The position numbers and the translations under genes were made by a program. The notes beneath the pieces were generated by a model. The model worked only from the letters and a program-made list of their open reading frames with translations. It was not told the DNA's origin and made no database searches. A stretch of 64,000 bases of DNA, from contig OZ219926.1 of assembly GCA_964291405.2 (NCBI GenBank), forward strand, positions 2,560,001 through 2,624,000, read 5' to 3'. Positions 56,373 to 64,000 of the stretch are shown here, piece by piece. Source of the stretch: Thermodesulfobacteriota bacterium (GTDB taxonomy: Bacteria; Desulfobacterota; Binatia; Bin18). Numbering within the stretch: the stretch's first letter is position 1; each line of letters opens with the position of its first letter.

Positions 56373-56568
56373 AGGATGGACTCCTTTGATTTCAGCCTGT
56401 TTCGATACCAGTCACTTCTTACATGATTAGGCATCCAAGCCGTGCCGTTCGTCCGCGCAGTATATATGCCCTATGGGTATAATCGCAAATTCCACGCACT
56501 ATCACCCCTGCATTTCCGCGTCCTCTCTTATTAGGCTGTCCGACAGTCTGTTACGGAAAGGACGCTGG

Positions 56569-56619
56569 ATAGATTTTGAACTGCCCGAAGAGTACCGCAT
56601 GTTGCAGGAGGCGATACGC
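56569..56619 (+). pseudogene. Acyl-CoA dehydrogenase N-terminal remnant
   Basis: (I)DFELPEEYRMLQEAIR resembles the ACAD N-terminus, with ATA in place of ATG; similarity ends after ~17 codons. Confidence 0.5.
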
Positions 56620-56829
56620 TCCATCGGAGGAATAGACACGGGCGAGTCGGATGAGCTAAGGCTGAGAGTAGCGAGAAAGGAGCGAAGGACGCGAAGTCTT
56701 CTTTATACAGGAGATGAACAGCAGGTGGCCAGCTATAAATCGCCAAGCCTGTGATGCGATTACCAATAACGCACGGGCACGCATGACGTGCTTGCAGAGG
56801 CTGTGCTAAGGAGCACATCAACAGCGGGA

Positions 56830-57042
56830 CTAATCGTTTTCCTCTTTATAGATTTCCAGCCACGCCATTTGGATGGCTTCGAGTTTGCCCTCGCTCGAAT
56901 CCTGCGGGTCGTCGCTGAAATCTTCCAACTCGGTAACCCAGCGGAGCAAATCGGTAAAACGGATGCTCAACGGATCGATCTCGGGCCGCGCTTCGAAGAG
57001 TTTCTCGGCAATATCCTCAGGCGTGTCCCAGTATAGCTTCAT
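56830..57042 (-). CDS. iscX: Fe-S assembly protein IscX
   Basis: W....DIA..L......DP..IRFTDL..WV..L..F.DDP..S.E..LEAIQ.AW. Confidence 0.93.
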   Translation of the reverse strand: MKLYWDTPEDIAEKLFEARPEIDPLSIRFTDLLRWVTELEDFSDDPQDSSEGKLEAIQMAWLEIYKEEND

Positions 57043-57062
57043 GACTCCCTCCCGTGCGCTTG

Positions 57063-58886
57063 CTATAAGTCGGAGAGCTGTTTCTCTCCCAGCGCCTCCT
57101 GGATTGAAGAATCCATAATCCGTTGGGCAAACGGCGTTGTCACCTGGCTCAATTCCTCAGTCAGGTCCCGGATCAGATCGTAATCTTCTCCAGCACACGC
57201 CTCCCGGACCTTTTGCACGACTTGGGCAATCTGCTCTTCCTCTCCCTCTTGCAGAAACGAGGCATTCTGGCTCAGGGCTTTGTCGGTCGCGTGCAGCACG
57301 GTATCGGCTTCAGTCCGGGCCTCAATCAGCAACCGCTGCTCAATGTCTTCCTCCGCAAAGTCTATGGATTCTTCCAGCAGCCGCTCTACCTCTTCGTCGG
57401 TCAAGCCGTAGGACGGTTTCACCTCAAGCGAGCGTTCGAGCCCGGTCCGCAAGTCGGTGGCGGAAACGTTCAGAATACCGTTGGCGTCGATCATAAACGT
57501 CACTTCGACACGCGGGACCCCAGCCGGCTTGGGCTCAATGGGAATGCTGAAACGGGCCAAGCTCCGACAATCCTGGACCAGCTCCCGTTCCCCTTGCAGG
57601 ACATGAATGGCAACCGCGGTCTGGTCATCCACCGCGGTGGTGAACATTTCCTTCACGCTTGCCGGGATGGTCGTATTGCGTTCAATGAGATGACTCATGA
57701 CCCCGCCCATGGTCTCAATGCCTAAAGACAACGGGACCACATCGAGCAGCAGCATATCCCGCCGCCGTCCGGACAGGGTATCCGCCTGAACAGCCGCCCC
57801 GAGGGCGACAACCTCATCCGGGTCGATGTCGGTGAGTGGCGTCCGGCCAAAAAACTCACCTACGCGCTGACGTACCAGCGGCATGCGGGTCGAGCCGCCG
57901 ACCAGAACGACTTCTTCAATATCCTGGGTCTCAAGCCCGGCATCTTTGAGCGCCTGCCGACATGGCTCAAGCGTGCGGGCCACAATCTCGTCAACCGCGG
58001 CTTCCATCTCATGACGGGTCAGGCTGCGAGAGAGCTGCACACCGCTTGAAGGGACAGCCAGATTCAGAACTGCTTCGTCCTGCTCGGATAAGACCTGCTT
58101 GGCCTTTTCAGCCGTCCGCAGCGCACTATTCAGCACCTGCAAATCGCCGCGTAGTTCTTCAGTCAACTCTGCAAGAAGAAAACGCTCGGCTATGGACTGA
58201 TCGATATCATCACCACCCAAGCGAGTATTGCCGTTGGTGGATAACACCTCGAAGATACCGGTGTGGAGTCGCAGAATAGACACGTCAAACGTGCCCCCCC
58301 CAAAGTCATAGACCGCAATCAGCCCCTCTTCTTTTGTATTAAGGCCATAGGCGAGAGAGGCCGCGGTCGGTTCGTTGAGCAGACGAATGACCTCAAGGCC
58401 GGCCAGCTTGCCGGCGTCCTTGGTCGCCTGACGCTGCGAGTCGTTGAAGTACGCAGGGACGGTAATGACCACCTTGCGGACTTCTTCTTGGAGTGCCGCC
58501 GCAGCTCGGTCTCGTAAGGCGCGGAGAATAACGGCCGAGACTTCCGGTGGCGTCACCTGCCTGTCGTGGATGGCAAACCGGACCAGACTGGAAGTGTCGT
58601 CCTGATCGCCAACGAAGCGATAGCGCTGCCGATCCTCGGCACTCACATGCTCCATGCCGAGGCCCATAAAGCGCTTGACCGACCGAATGGTCGAGAGCGG
58701 CTGCGTTCGGGCTAATTCGCCCGCCTCCCGGCCGACAACAACCCGGTCGTTGGGCAAGAAACTAACAATAGAGGGGAGCGTCTTCTGCTCGCTTCCGCTA
58801 TCGGCAATGACGCGTGGGCCAGCGTCGTCTACACACGCAATCAGACTATTGGTTGTACCGAGATCAATACCAACTATACGTTCCAC
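57063..58886 (-). CDS. hscA: Fe-S chaperone HscA
   Basis: Hsp70 motifs GIDLGTTNS and DFGGGTFD; [15 protein letters not shown] and VKPSYGLT; isc context; GTG start at 58886. Confidence 0.93.
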   Translation of the reverse strand: MERIVGIDLGTTNSLIACVDDAGPRVIADSGSEQKTLPSIVSFLPNDRVVVGREAGELARTQPLSTIRSVKRFMGLGMEHVSAEDRQRYRFVGDQDDTSSLVRFAIHDRQVTPPEVSAVILRALRDRAAAALQEEVRKVVITVPAYFNDSQRQATKDAGKLAGLEVIRLLNEPTAASLAYGLNTKEEGLIAVYDFGGGTFDVSILRLHTGIFEVLSTNGNTRLGGDDIDQSIAERFLLAELTEELRGDLQVLNSALRTAEKAKQVLSEQDEAVLNLAVPSSGVQLSRSLTRHEMEAAVDEIVARTLEPCRQALKDAGLETQDIEEVVLVGGSTRMPLVRQRVGEFFGRTPLTDIDPDEVVALGAAVQADTLSGRRRDMLLLDVVPLSLGIETMGGVMSHLIERNTTIPASVKEMFTTAVDDQTAVAIHVLQGERELVQDCRSLARFSIPIEPKPAGVPRVEVTFMIDANGILNVSATDLRTGLERSLEVKPSYGLTDEEVERLLEESIDFAEEDIEQRLLIEARTEADTVLHATDKALSQNASFLQEGEEEQIAQVVQKVREACAGEDYDLIRDLTEELSQVTTPFAQRIMDSSIQEALGEKQLSDL

Positions 58887-58902
58887 GATTTGCCTCTTTT
58901 TT

Positions 58903-59556
58903 TCATAGGGTGGAGAGGGACTTTTCCACATCGCGGGTTAATGTCCGCAGATAGGCCATATCCGACAGTACCCGCTTCAGTTCGCTCAAAAGCTCGTTCG
59001 AGCTGTCGGCTTGTCCCCATTTGGAGAAGTTGGCCGTCAGCTTTTGCTGCAGGCTTTGCCTCCGCTCGTCCAGATCATCCCGTACCTGAGTTAGCTCCGC
59101 TTTGAGGCCTCCTAGTGCGTCAGATGGCCCGGTAGTGCTGGCCTCCCGGACGGCTGCCAGCTTTTCCTGCACCTCAAATACGAGGAGGGCCAGATCGGGA
59201 GGGACCTTGTTATTTTCCTTGCCGAGCTGTTCGCCGTTGAGTTCGAGCCAGTACTGGCCGCGCTGGACAGGATCACGCAGTGTCCGATACGCCCGGTTTA
59301 CCACCGCGGTGTTCTGAAGGCTGGCTTCCTGCTCCTCCGCAGCGCCGGTCTGGTGCAGGTCGGGATGAAGTTGGCGGCTCAGCGCGTAGTACGTGTTGGC
59401 AAGCGCCTGTCCATCAAGCAGCGGGTCCCGGACCAGACCAAATACCGTAAAATAGTCAATGTCTGGAGGTAAAGGCTGGAGAGCCTCGCAGGCCGGGCAG
59501 AACACCTGGGGTGTATGCTCGTCCTGACAGCGCCAGCAGCGCACCACCGTTGGCAT
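58903..59556 (-). CDS. hscB: Co-chaperone HscB with N-terminal Cys cluster
   Basis: CWRC...CPAC, J-domain [13 protein letters not shown]. Confidence 0.92.
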   Translation of the reverse strand: MPTVVRCWRCQDEHTPQVFCPACEALQPLPPDIDYFTVFGLVRDPLLDGQALANTYYALSRQLHPDLHQTGAAEEQEASLQNTAVVNRAYRTLRDPVQRGQYWLELNGEQLGKENNKVPPDLALLVFEVQEKLAAVREASTTGPSDALGGLKAELTQVRDDLDERRQSLQQKLTANFSKWGQADSSNELLSELKRVLSDMAYLRTLTRDVEKSLSTL

Positions 59557-59569
59557 GGTAAAGGGTGGG

Positions 59570-59917
59570 CTAGACCGAGAATGAGCTACCGCAGCCGCAC
59601 GCGCGTTTGATGTTGGGATTCGTCAGCTTAAAGCCCGAATCCATTAAGGTCTCGGAAAAATCCAACTCTGTCCCGCGGAGATAGATAAAGCTTTTGCGGT
59701 CAACAATCACTTTGGCACTTTCCCGCTCAAAAACGCGGTCGCCGTCACGCGGGATATCCAGGTCCATCTTATAGGACAAACCCGAACAGCCCCCACCAAC
59801 CACCTTGACCCGCAAGCCACAGTCCTGCCGCTCGTCCTGGACCGTCAGGTCTCCAATCTTCTTAGCTGCGTTTTCGCTGATTTCGATTTTGAGCTTTGCT
59901 TTCACGCTTGCTGCCAT
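59570..59917 (-). CDS. iscA: A-type Fe-S carrier IscA
   Basis: GGGCSGLSY and CGCGSSF motifs. Confidence 0.92.
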   Translation of the reverse strand: MAASVKAKLKIEISENAAKKIGDLTVQDERQDCGLRVKVVGGGCSGLSYKMDLDIPRDGDRVFERESAKVIVDRKSFIYLRGTELDFSETLMDSGFKLTNPNIKRACGCGSSFSV

Positions 59918-59960
59918 GCCCGTTGTCCCAATCGCTGTTGCTTGCTGTGCGCGCCCTTGT

Positions 59961-60362
59961 CTAGGCGGCATCCTTCTTGGTGGCGCCCTGGCCCCGCCAG
60001 TCCGCCACCGCTGCCTTGATCGCATCCTCCGCTAACACCGAACAGTGTATCTTCACCGGCGGTAACGCCAACTCCTCTACGATCTGGGTGTTCTTGATCT
60101 CCCCTGCCTCCGCCACGGTCTTCCCCTTCACCAACTCCGTCACATAACTCGATGACGCGATCGCCGACCCACACCCAAAGGTCTTGAACTTCGCATCTTC
60201 GATCACTTCGGTCTGCGGGTTGATCTTCAACTGCAACTTCATCACGTCCCCGCACTCCGGGGCGCCGACCACGCCGGTGCCTACATTCGCTTCCTCGGCC
60301 TCGAAACTCCCCACGTTCCGCGGCCGCTCGTAATGCTCTATCACTCGCTCGGTGTATGCCAT
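59961..60362 (-). CDS. iscU: Fe-S scaffold IscU
   Basis: GAPECGDV, FGCGSAIASS, LPPVKIHCS. Confidence 0.96.
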   Translation of the reverse strand: MAYTERVIEHYERPRNVGSFEAEEANVGTGVVGAPECGDVMKLQLKINPQTEVIEDAKFKTFGCGSAIASSSYVTELVKGKTVAEAGEIKNTQIVEELALPPVKIHCSVLAEDAIKAAVADWRGQGATKKDAA

Positions 60363-60412
60363 CGGTTTCTCCCTCAATCTACAGTTCTGTCGGTGTTGAA
60401 TATTTGCCGTAC

Positions 60413-61633
60413 TCAGGTTTTCCACTGGACGGATTTAAGGTCAATACCTGCCTTGGCCATTTCGTACAGGGGTGACATCTCTCGCAGTCGGATGACGACT
60501 TCGGAGACACGCTTGACCACATAGTCCACGTCCTCTTCGGTATTAAAGCGTCCCAGGCCGAATCGAATCGAGGTATGGGCCAACTCTTCTCCGACACCCA
60601 GCGCCTTGAGCACATACGACGGTTCAAGGGTCGCCGAGGTACAGGCGGAACCGGACGAAAGCGCGATCTCCCGGTTGAGTCCCATCAGGAAAGATTCGCC
60701 TTCCACATACGAAAAACTCAGATTCAGGTTGCCGGGAATCCGCTCGGTTGGATGCCCGTTCAAATACACCTCTTCCAGGTTCTCGGTCAGACCGTTATAG
60801 AGTCTCTGACGCAGACTCATAAGGCGGCCGGCCTCGGCTTCCAGTTCCCGCCCGCACAACTCACACGCCTTGCCAAACCCGACAATGCCCGCCACGTTCA
60901 GCGTCCCCGAACGCATCCCCCGCTCATGGCCACCGCCGTGCATCTGGGCTCGCAGGCGGACCCGGGGTCCCCGTGACCTGACATATAAGGCCCCGCAGCC
61001 CTTGGGCCCATACATCTTATGGGCGCTCATCGACATCAGATCGATGCCGTCTTCATCAACGTTCACCGGGATCTTGCCCACGCCCTGAGTCGCATCACAG
61101 TGAAACAGGATACCCCGCTCTTTGGCGAGCTTGCCAATCTCTCTAATGGGATGCAGGGTGCCGATCTCATTGTTGGCATACATCAGAGAAATCAGGATCG
61201 TATTGTCTCGGATCGCCTTCTTCACGTCATCGATGTCCACCCGACCATACTGATCCACCGGTAAGTAGGTCACCTCCGAGATATTCGCCCGTTCGAGGGC
61301 CTGACAGGTATCCAAGACCGCCTTGTGTTCCGTGACCGCCGTAATAATGTGATTGCCTTTATCCGCGTAGAACTCCGCCACTCCCTTAATCGCCAGATTG
61401 TCCGACTCGGTCGCACCGCTGGTGAAAATGATCTCCTTGGGTCGGGCGCCGACCAAATCCGCAATCTGGCTCCGCCCCCGGTCCACGGCCTCTTCGGCCG
61501 CCCACCCAAAGGCATGATTCCGGCTGGCCGCATTGCCGTATATCTCTCCGAGAAACGGGACCATCGCCTCAATCACGCGCGGGTCTACTGGCGTGGTGGC
61601 TTGGTTATCCATGTAGATCGGATCGCGCTCCAT
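60413..61633 (-). CDS. iscS: Cysteine desulfurase IscS
   Basis: [32 protein letters not shown]. Confidence 0.96.
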   Translation of the reverse strand: MERDPIYMDNQATTPVDPRVIEAMVPFLGEIYGNAASRNHAFGWAAEEAVDRGRSQIADLVGARPKEIIFTSGATESDNLAIKGVAEFYADKGNHIITAVTEHKAVLDTCQALERANISEVTYLPVDQYGRVDIDDVKKAIRDNTILISLMYANNEIGTLHPIREIGKLAKERGILFHCDATQGVGKIPVNVDEDGIDLMSMSAHKMYGPKGCGALYVRSRGPRVRLRAQMHGGGHERGMRSGTLNVAGIVGFGKACELCGRELEAEAGRLMSLRQRLYNGLTENLEEVYLNGHPTERIPGNLNLSFSYVEGESFLMGLNREIALSSGSACTSATLEPSYVLKALGVGEELAHTSIRFGLGRFNTEEDVDYVVKRVSEVVIRLREMSPLYEMAKAGIDLKSVQWKT

Positions 61634-61671
61634 AATACCCCTTCGTTGTTCGCTACGAGTTGGAATTGCTT

Positions 61672-61720
61672 AAAGTGGACTTTAGAAGTCTAACTTAGGA
61701 TTTCTCCCTGAGCCTGTCAA
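61672..61720 (-). promoter_or_regulatory. Sigma70 promoter of iscS with an IscR type-1-like operator
   Basis: TTGACA (61720-61715)-N17-TAAGTT (61697-61692); the -10 box overlaps AAGTTA-GACT-N5-AGTC-CACTTT. Confidence 0.75.
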
Positions 61721-61770
61721 CCTACACGGCGAGGCCAGGACGGGAGGCAGCGCGCGGGTGAGGTCGATGC

Positions 61771-63999
61771 TCACAGGAGGCTTTTCAAAAACCGGCCGGT
61801 GTACGATTGCTCAACGCGCGTAATGTCTTCGGGTGTCCCACAGGCAACGATATTGCCCCCGGCCGCTCCCCCTTCGGGACCCATGTCAATGACCCAATCC
61901 GCGGTTTTTACCACCTCCAGATTATGTTCAATCACCACAACGGTATTCCCCGCTTCAACAAGTAAGGTGAAAATATCCAGCAAACGCTGAATATCGGCCA
62001 GATGGAGGCCGGTGGTCGGTTCATCAAAGAGGAATAAGGTCTGCCCTGTGCTCTTCCGGCTCAACTCTTTGGCCAACTTGAGCCGCTGCGCTTCACCACC
62101 GGATAGCGTTGGGGCGGCCTGACCCAGGCGTATATATGCCAGCCCAACCGCGCGTAAGGTTTCCAATCGCGACCGAATTTCGGGAAGATCGCCATAGACT
62201 GCCAACGCCTCGGCGACCGTCATGTTCAGCACATCGGCAATACTCCGGCCCCGCAGGCTGACCGCCAGCGTCTCTCGATTATAGCGCTGGCCATGGCATA
62301 CATCACACTGGACATAGACGTCGGGTAAAAAGCTCATCTCAACCGCGAAGACGCCATTTCCTTCACACGCCTCACAGCGTCCACCTTTCACGTTAAAAGA
62401 GAAGCGGTCCGGGTTATAGCCACGCACCCGTGCCTCGGGCAGTTGGGCAAACAGGGCGCGAATCGGACGGAGGAGTCCGATATACGTTGCCGGGGTGGAA
62501 CTGGGCGTTCGCCCAACGGGAGCCTGGTCAACCACGATCATTTTGTTGAGATGTTGCCAGCCGGAGAGCTGGCCGATCTCTGCTGCGGTCGCTTGCGTCC
62601 CCGCGAGCACGGCCGCAAGCGCAGGCACGAGGGCGTCGCTGATAAGCGAACTCTTGCCCGAGCCCGAGACGCCAGTCACGCAGGTCAGCGTTCCGAGAGG
62701 GAAGTCTACGCGTATATCTTTGAGGTTATGCACCTTGGTATGGGCGAGGGTGAGGCAATGTTTCGATGGGCGACGTTTTGTCGGGGCTGGAATCTGCGAT
62801 GCACCGGAAAGATACTGTCCGGTCAGCGAGTCCGGGGCGTTTTTGACGTCCTGCGGTGTTCCTACCGCACAGACCCACCCCCCCTGCTCGCCGGCCCCCG
62901 GGCCTAAATCAATCAGATGGTCAGCAGCCAGCATGGTCTCAGGGTCGTGCTCGACCACCACCACCGTATTCCCCTGCTGCCACAGGCGTTTGAGCATCTC
63001 CAGGAGTTGACTTGTATCACGCGGATGCAGCCCCACCGACGGTTCGTCCAGAATATAGATGACCCCGGATAAGCCATTCCCCAGCAGCGTCGCCAGCCGG
63101 ACCCGCTGGGCCTCGCCCCCGGACAGGGACGCCATCGTGCGGTCCAGGGTGAGATAGGCTAATCCCAGATCGACCAAAGCCTGGAGACGCGAGACAATCT
63201 CCTGACAGAGCGGTAGGGCGACCGGCTCTGTCTGTCCGTAAAAAACGAGCTGAGAAAAAAAGTCGAGCACCGCTCCGAGCGGCTTGGCGGTGAGTTCGCT
63301 CAGGCTCATGTCTCCGATGCGTATCCCCTGGGTTTCTGAGCGGAGGCGCGAGCCGTTACACTGGGAACAGACCTGCAATTTGACGGCGGCCTGGGCGCTC
63401 CCTCGCTTTTTTGTCTTCCGCTCCTGTTGCACGCCAAGCCCCTCGCAGGCCGGACACGCTCCTTCCGGGCTGTTGGGTGAAAAAAAGGCCGGGCTCAGTT
63501 CCGGATAGGCAAAGCCACAGGCCGGACAGATGAGGCGCTGGGTGAACAGCCGCTCCTCGCTTTCTCCAATCAGCACTCTGACCACATCCTTGCCATAGCG
63601 CAGCGCCGTGTCCAGCGAATCGGCGAGGCGCTGAGCTATGCCGCTTTTGACCACAAGCCGGTCAACGACGATATCGAGTTGTGTCTCGGTGATTGCACCG
63701 GGTCTCAGACCCGCAATCGTTCTGGCGAGGTCCGAATCCATCAGATCGTGGATCGTTCCGTTCAGCCGGATACGGACAAATCCCGCTCTGTGCAGGTCCT
63801 GGAGGATGGTGTCACAATCATCAGGATGGAAAAGGCGGATGGGCGCCAAAAGCTGGAGCCGACTCCCTTCGGGTACATCAAGCAGTTGATCGACAATCTG
63901 GGGCACGCTGTGGCGTTCAATCACTCGTCCGCATTCCAAGCAGTGAGGCGTGCCGACCCTTGTGTAGAGCAACCGCAGATAGTCGGCAATCTCGCTGAC
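61771..63999 (-). CDS. uvrA: Excinuclease ABC subunit A, 5' end beyond the window
   Basis: Two LSGGEAQR signatures, GVSGSGKS, FSFNVKGGRCEAC zinc finger; frame is open to the window end. Confidence 0.93.
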   Translation of the reverse strand, partial: VSEIADYLRLLYTRVGTPHCLECGRVIERHSVPQIVDQLLDVPEGSRLQLLAPIRLFHPDDCDTILQDLHRAGFVRIRLNGTIHDLMDSDLARTIAGLRPGAITETQLDIVVDRLVVKSGIAQRLADSLDTALRYGKDVVRVLIGESEERLFTQRLICPACGFAYPELSPAFFSPNSPEGACPACEGLGVQQERKTKKRGSAQAAVKLQVCSQCNGSRLRSETQGIRIGDMSLSELTAKPLGAVLDFFSQLVFYGQTEPVALPLCQEIVSRLQALVDLGLAYLTLDRTMASLSGGEAQRVRLATLLGNGLSGVIYILDEPSVGLHPRDTSQLLEMLKRLWQQGNTVVVVEHDPETMLAADHLIDLGPGAGEQGGWVCAVGTPQDVKNAPDSLTGQYLSGASQIPAPTKRRPSKHCLTLAHTKVHNLKDIRVDFPLGTLTCVTGVSGSGKSSLISDALVPALAAVLAGTQATAAEIGQLSGWQHLNKMIVVDQAPVGRTPSSTPATYIGLLRPIRALFAQLPEARVRGYNPDRFSFNVKGGRCEACEGNGVFAVEMSFLPDVYVQCDVCHGQRYNRETLAVSLRGRSIADVLNMTVAEALAVYGDLPEIRSRLETLRAVGLAYIRLGQAAPTLSGGEAQRLKLAKELSRKSTGQTLFLFDEPTTGLHLADIQRLLDIFTLLVEAGNTVVVIEHNLEVVKTADWVIDMGPEGGAAGGNIVACGTPEDITRVEQSYTGRFLKSLL

Positions 64000-64000
64000 C

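Noticed and set aside
1-64000. tRNA, rRNA, prophage, IS transposase or retron RT
   Set aside because: No matching motifs were seen by eye; tRNAscan-SE, Infernal and ISEScan would be needed to exclude them.

Overview
A GC-rich bacterial chromosomal window. Gene content (DUF6178-like protein, isc-hsc operon, 2-oxoacid:ferredoxin oxidoreductase, many LLM, CoA-transferase and molybdenum-hydroxylase genes) suggests a Deltaproteobacteria-like or Binatota-like organism; this is inference only. The backbone is catabolic and housekeeping: Zn-dehydrogenase, three LLM monooxygenase loci, family III and family I CoA-transferases, a xanthine-dehydrogenase-family cluster with two large subunits, an MMPL transporter, pepA, korAB, sppA, iscSUA-hscBA-iscX and a partial uvrA. 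Two defence islets are embedded: a Type II restriction-modification pair next to a 1525-aa nuclease-STAND protein resembling Avs4 (5793-12533), and a coupled ABC/OLD-type ATPase plus PIN-domain gene pair (54513-56372). Several toxin-antitoxin and defence remnants are scattered through the window. The most unusual signal is a dispersed 54-55 bp palindromic element (consensus AAAGAGTAAACGTGTCC-TCCAAT..GCT-GGACACGTTTACTCTTT) present in five copies. One copy is in frame inside a HEAT-repeat gene, one supplies the C-terminus and stop of a small gene, and four read in the same codon register as their host or neighbouring gene. Several other REP-type palindromes occur, two apparently inside coding sequences. 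I saw no tRNA, rRNA, CRISPR array or intact transposase/integrase. All family calls come from reading motifs by eye, not from database searches.
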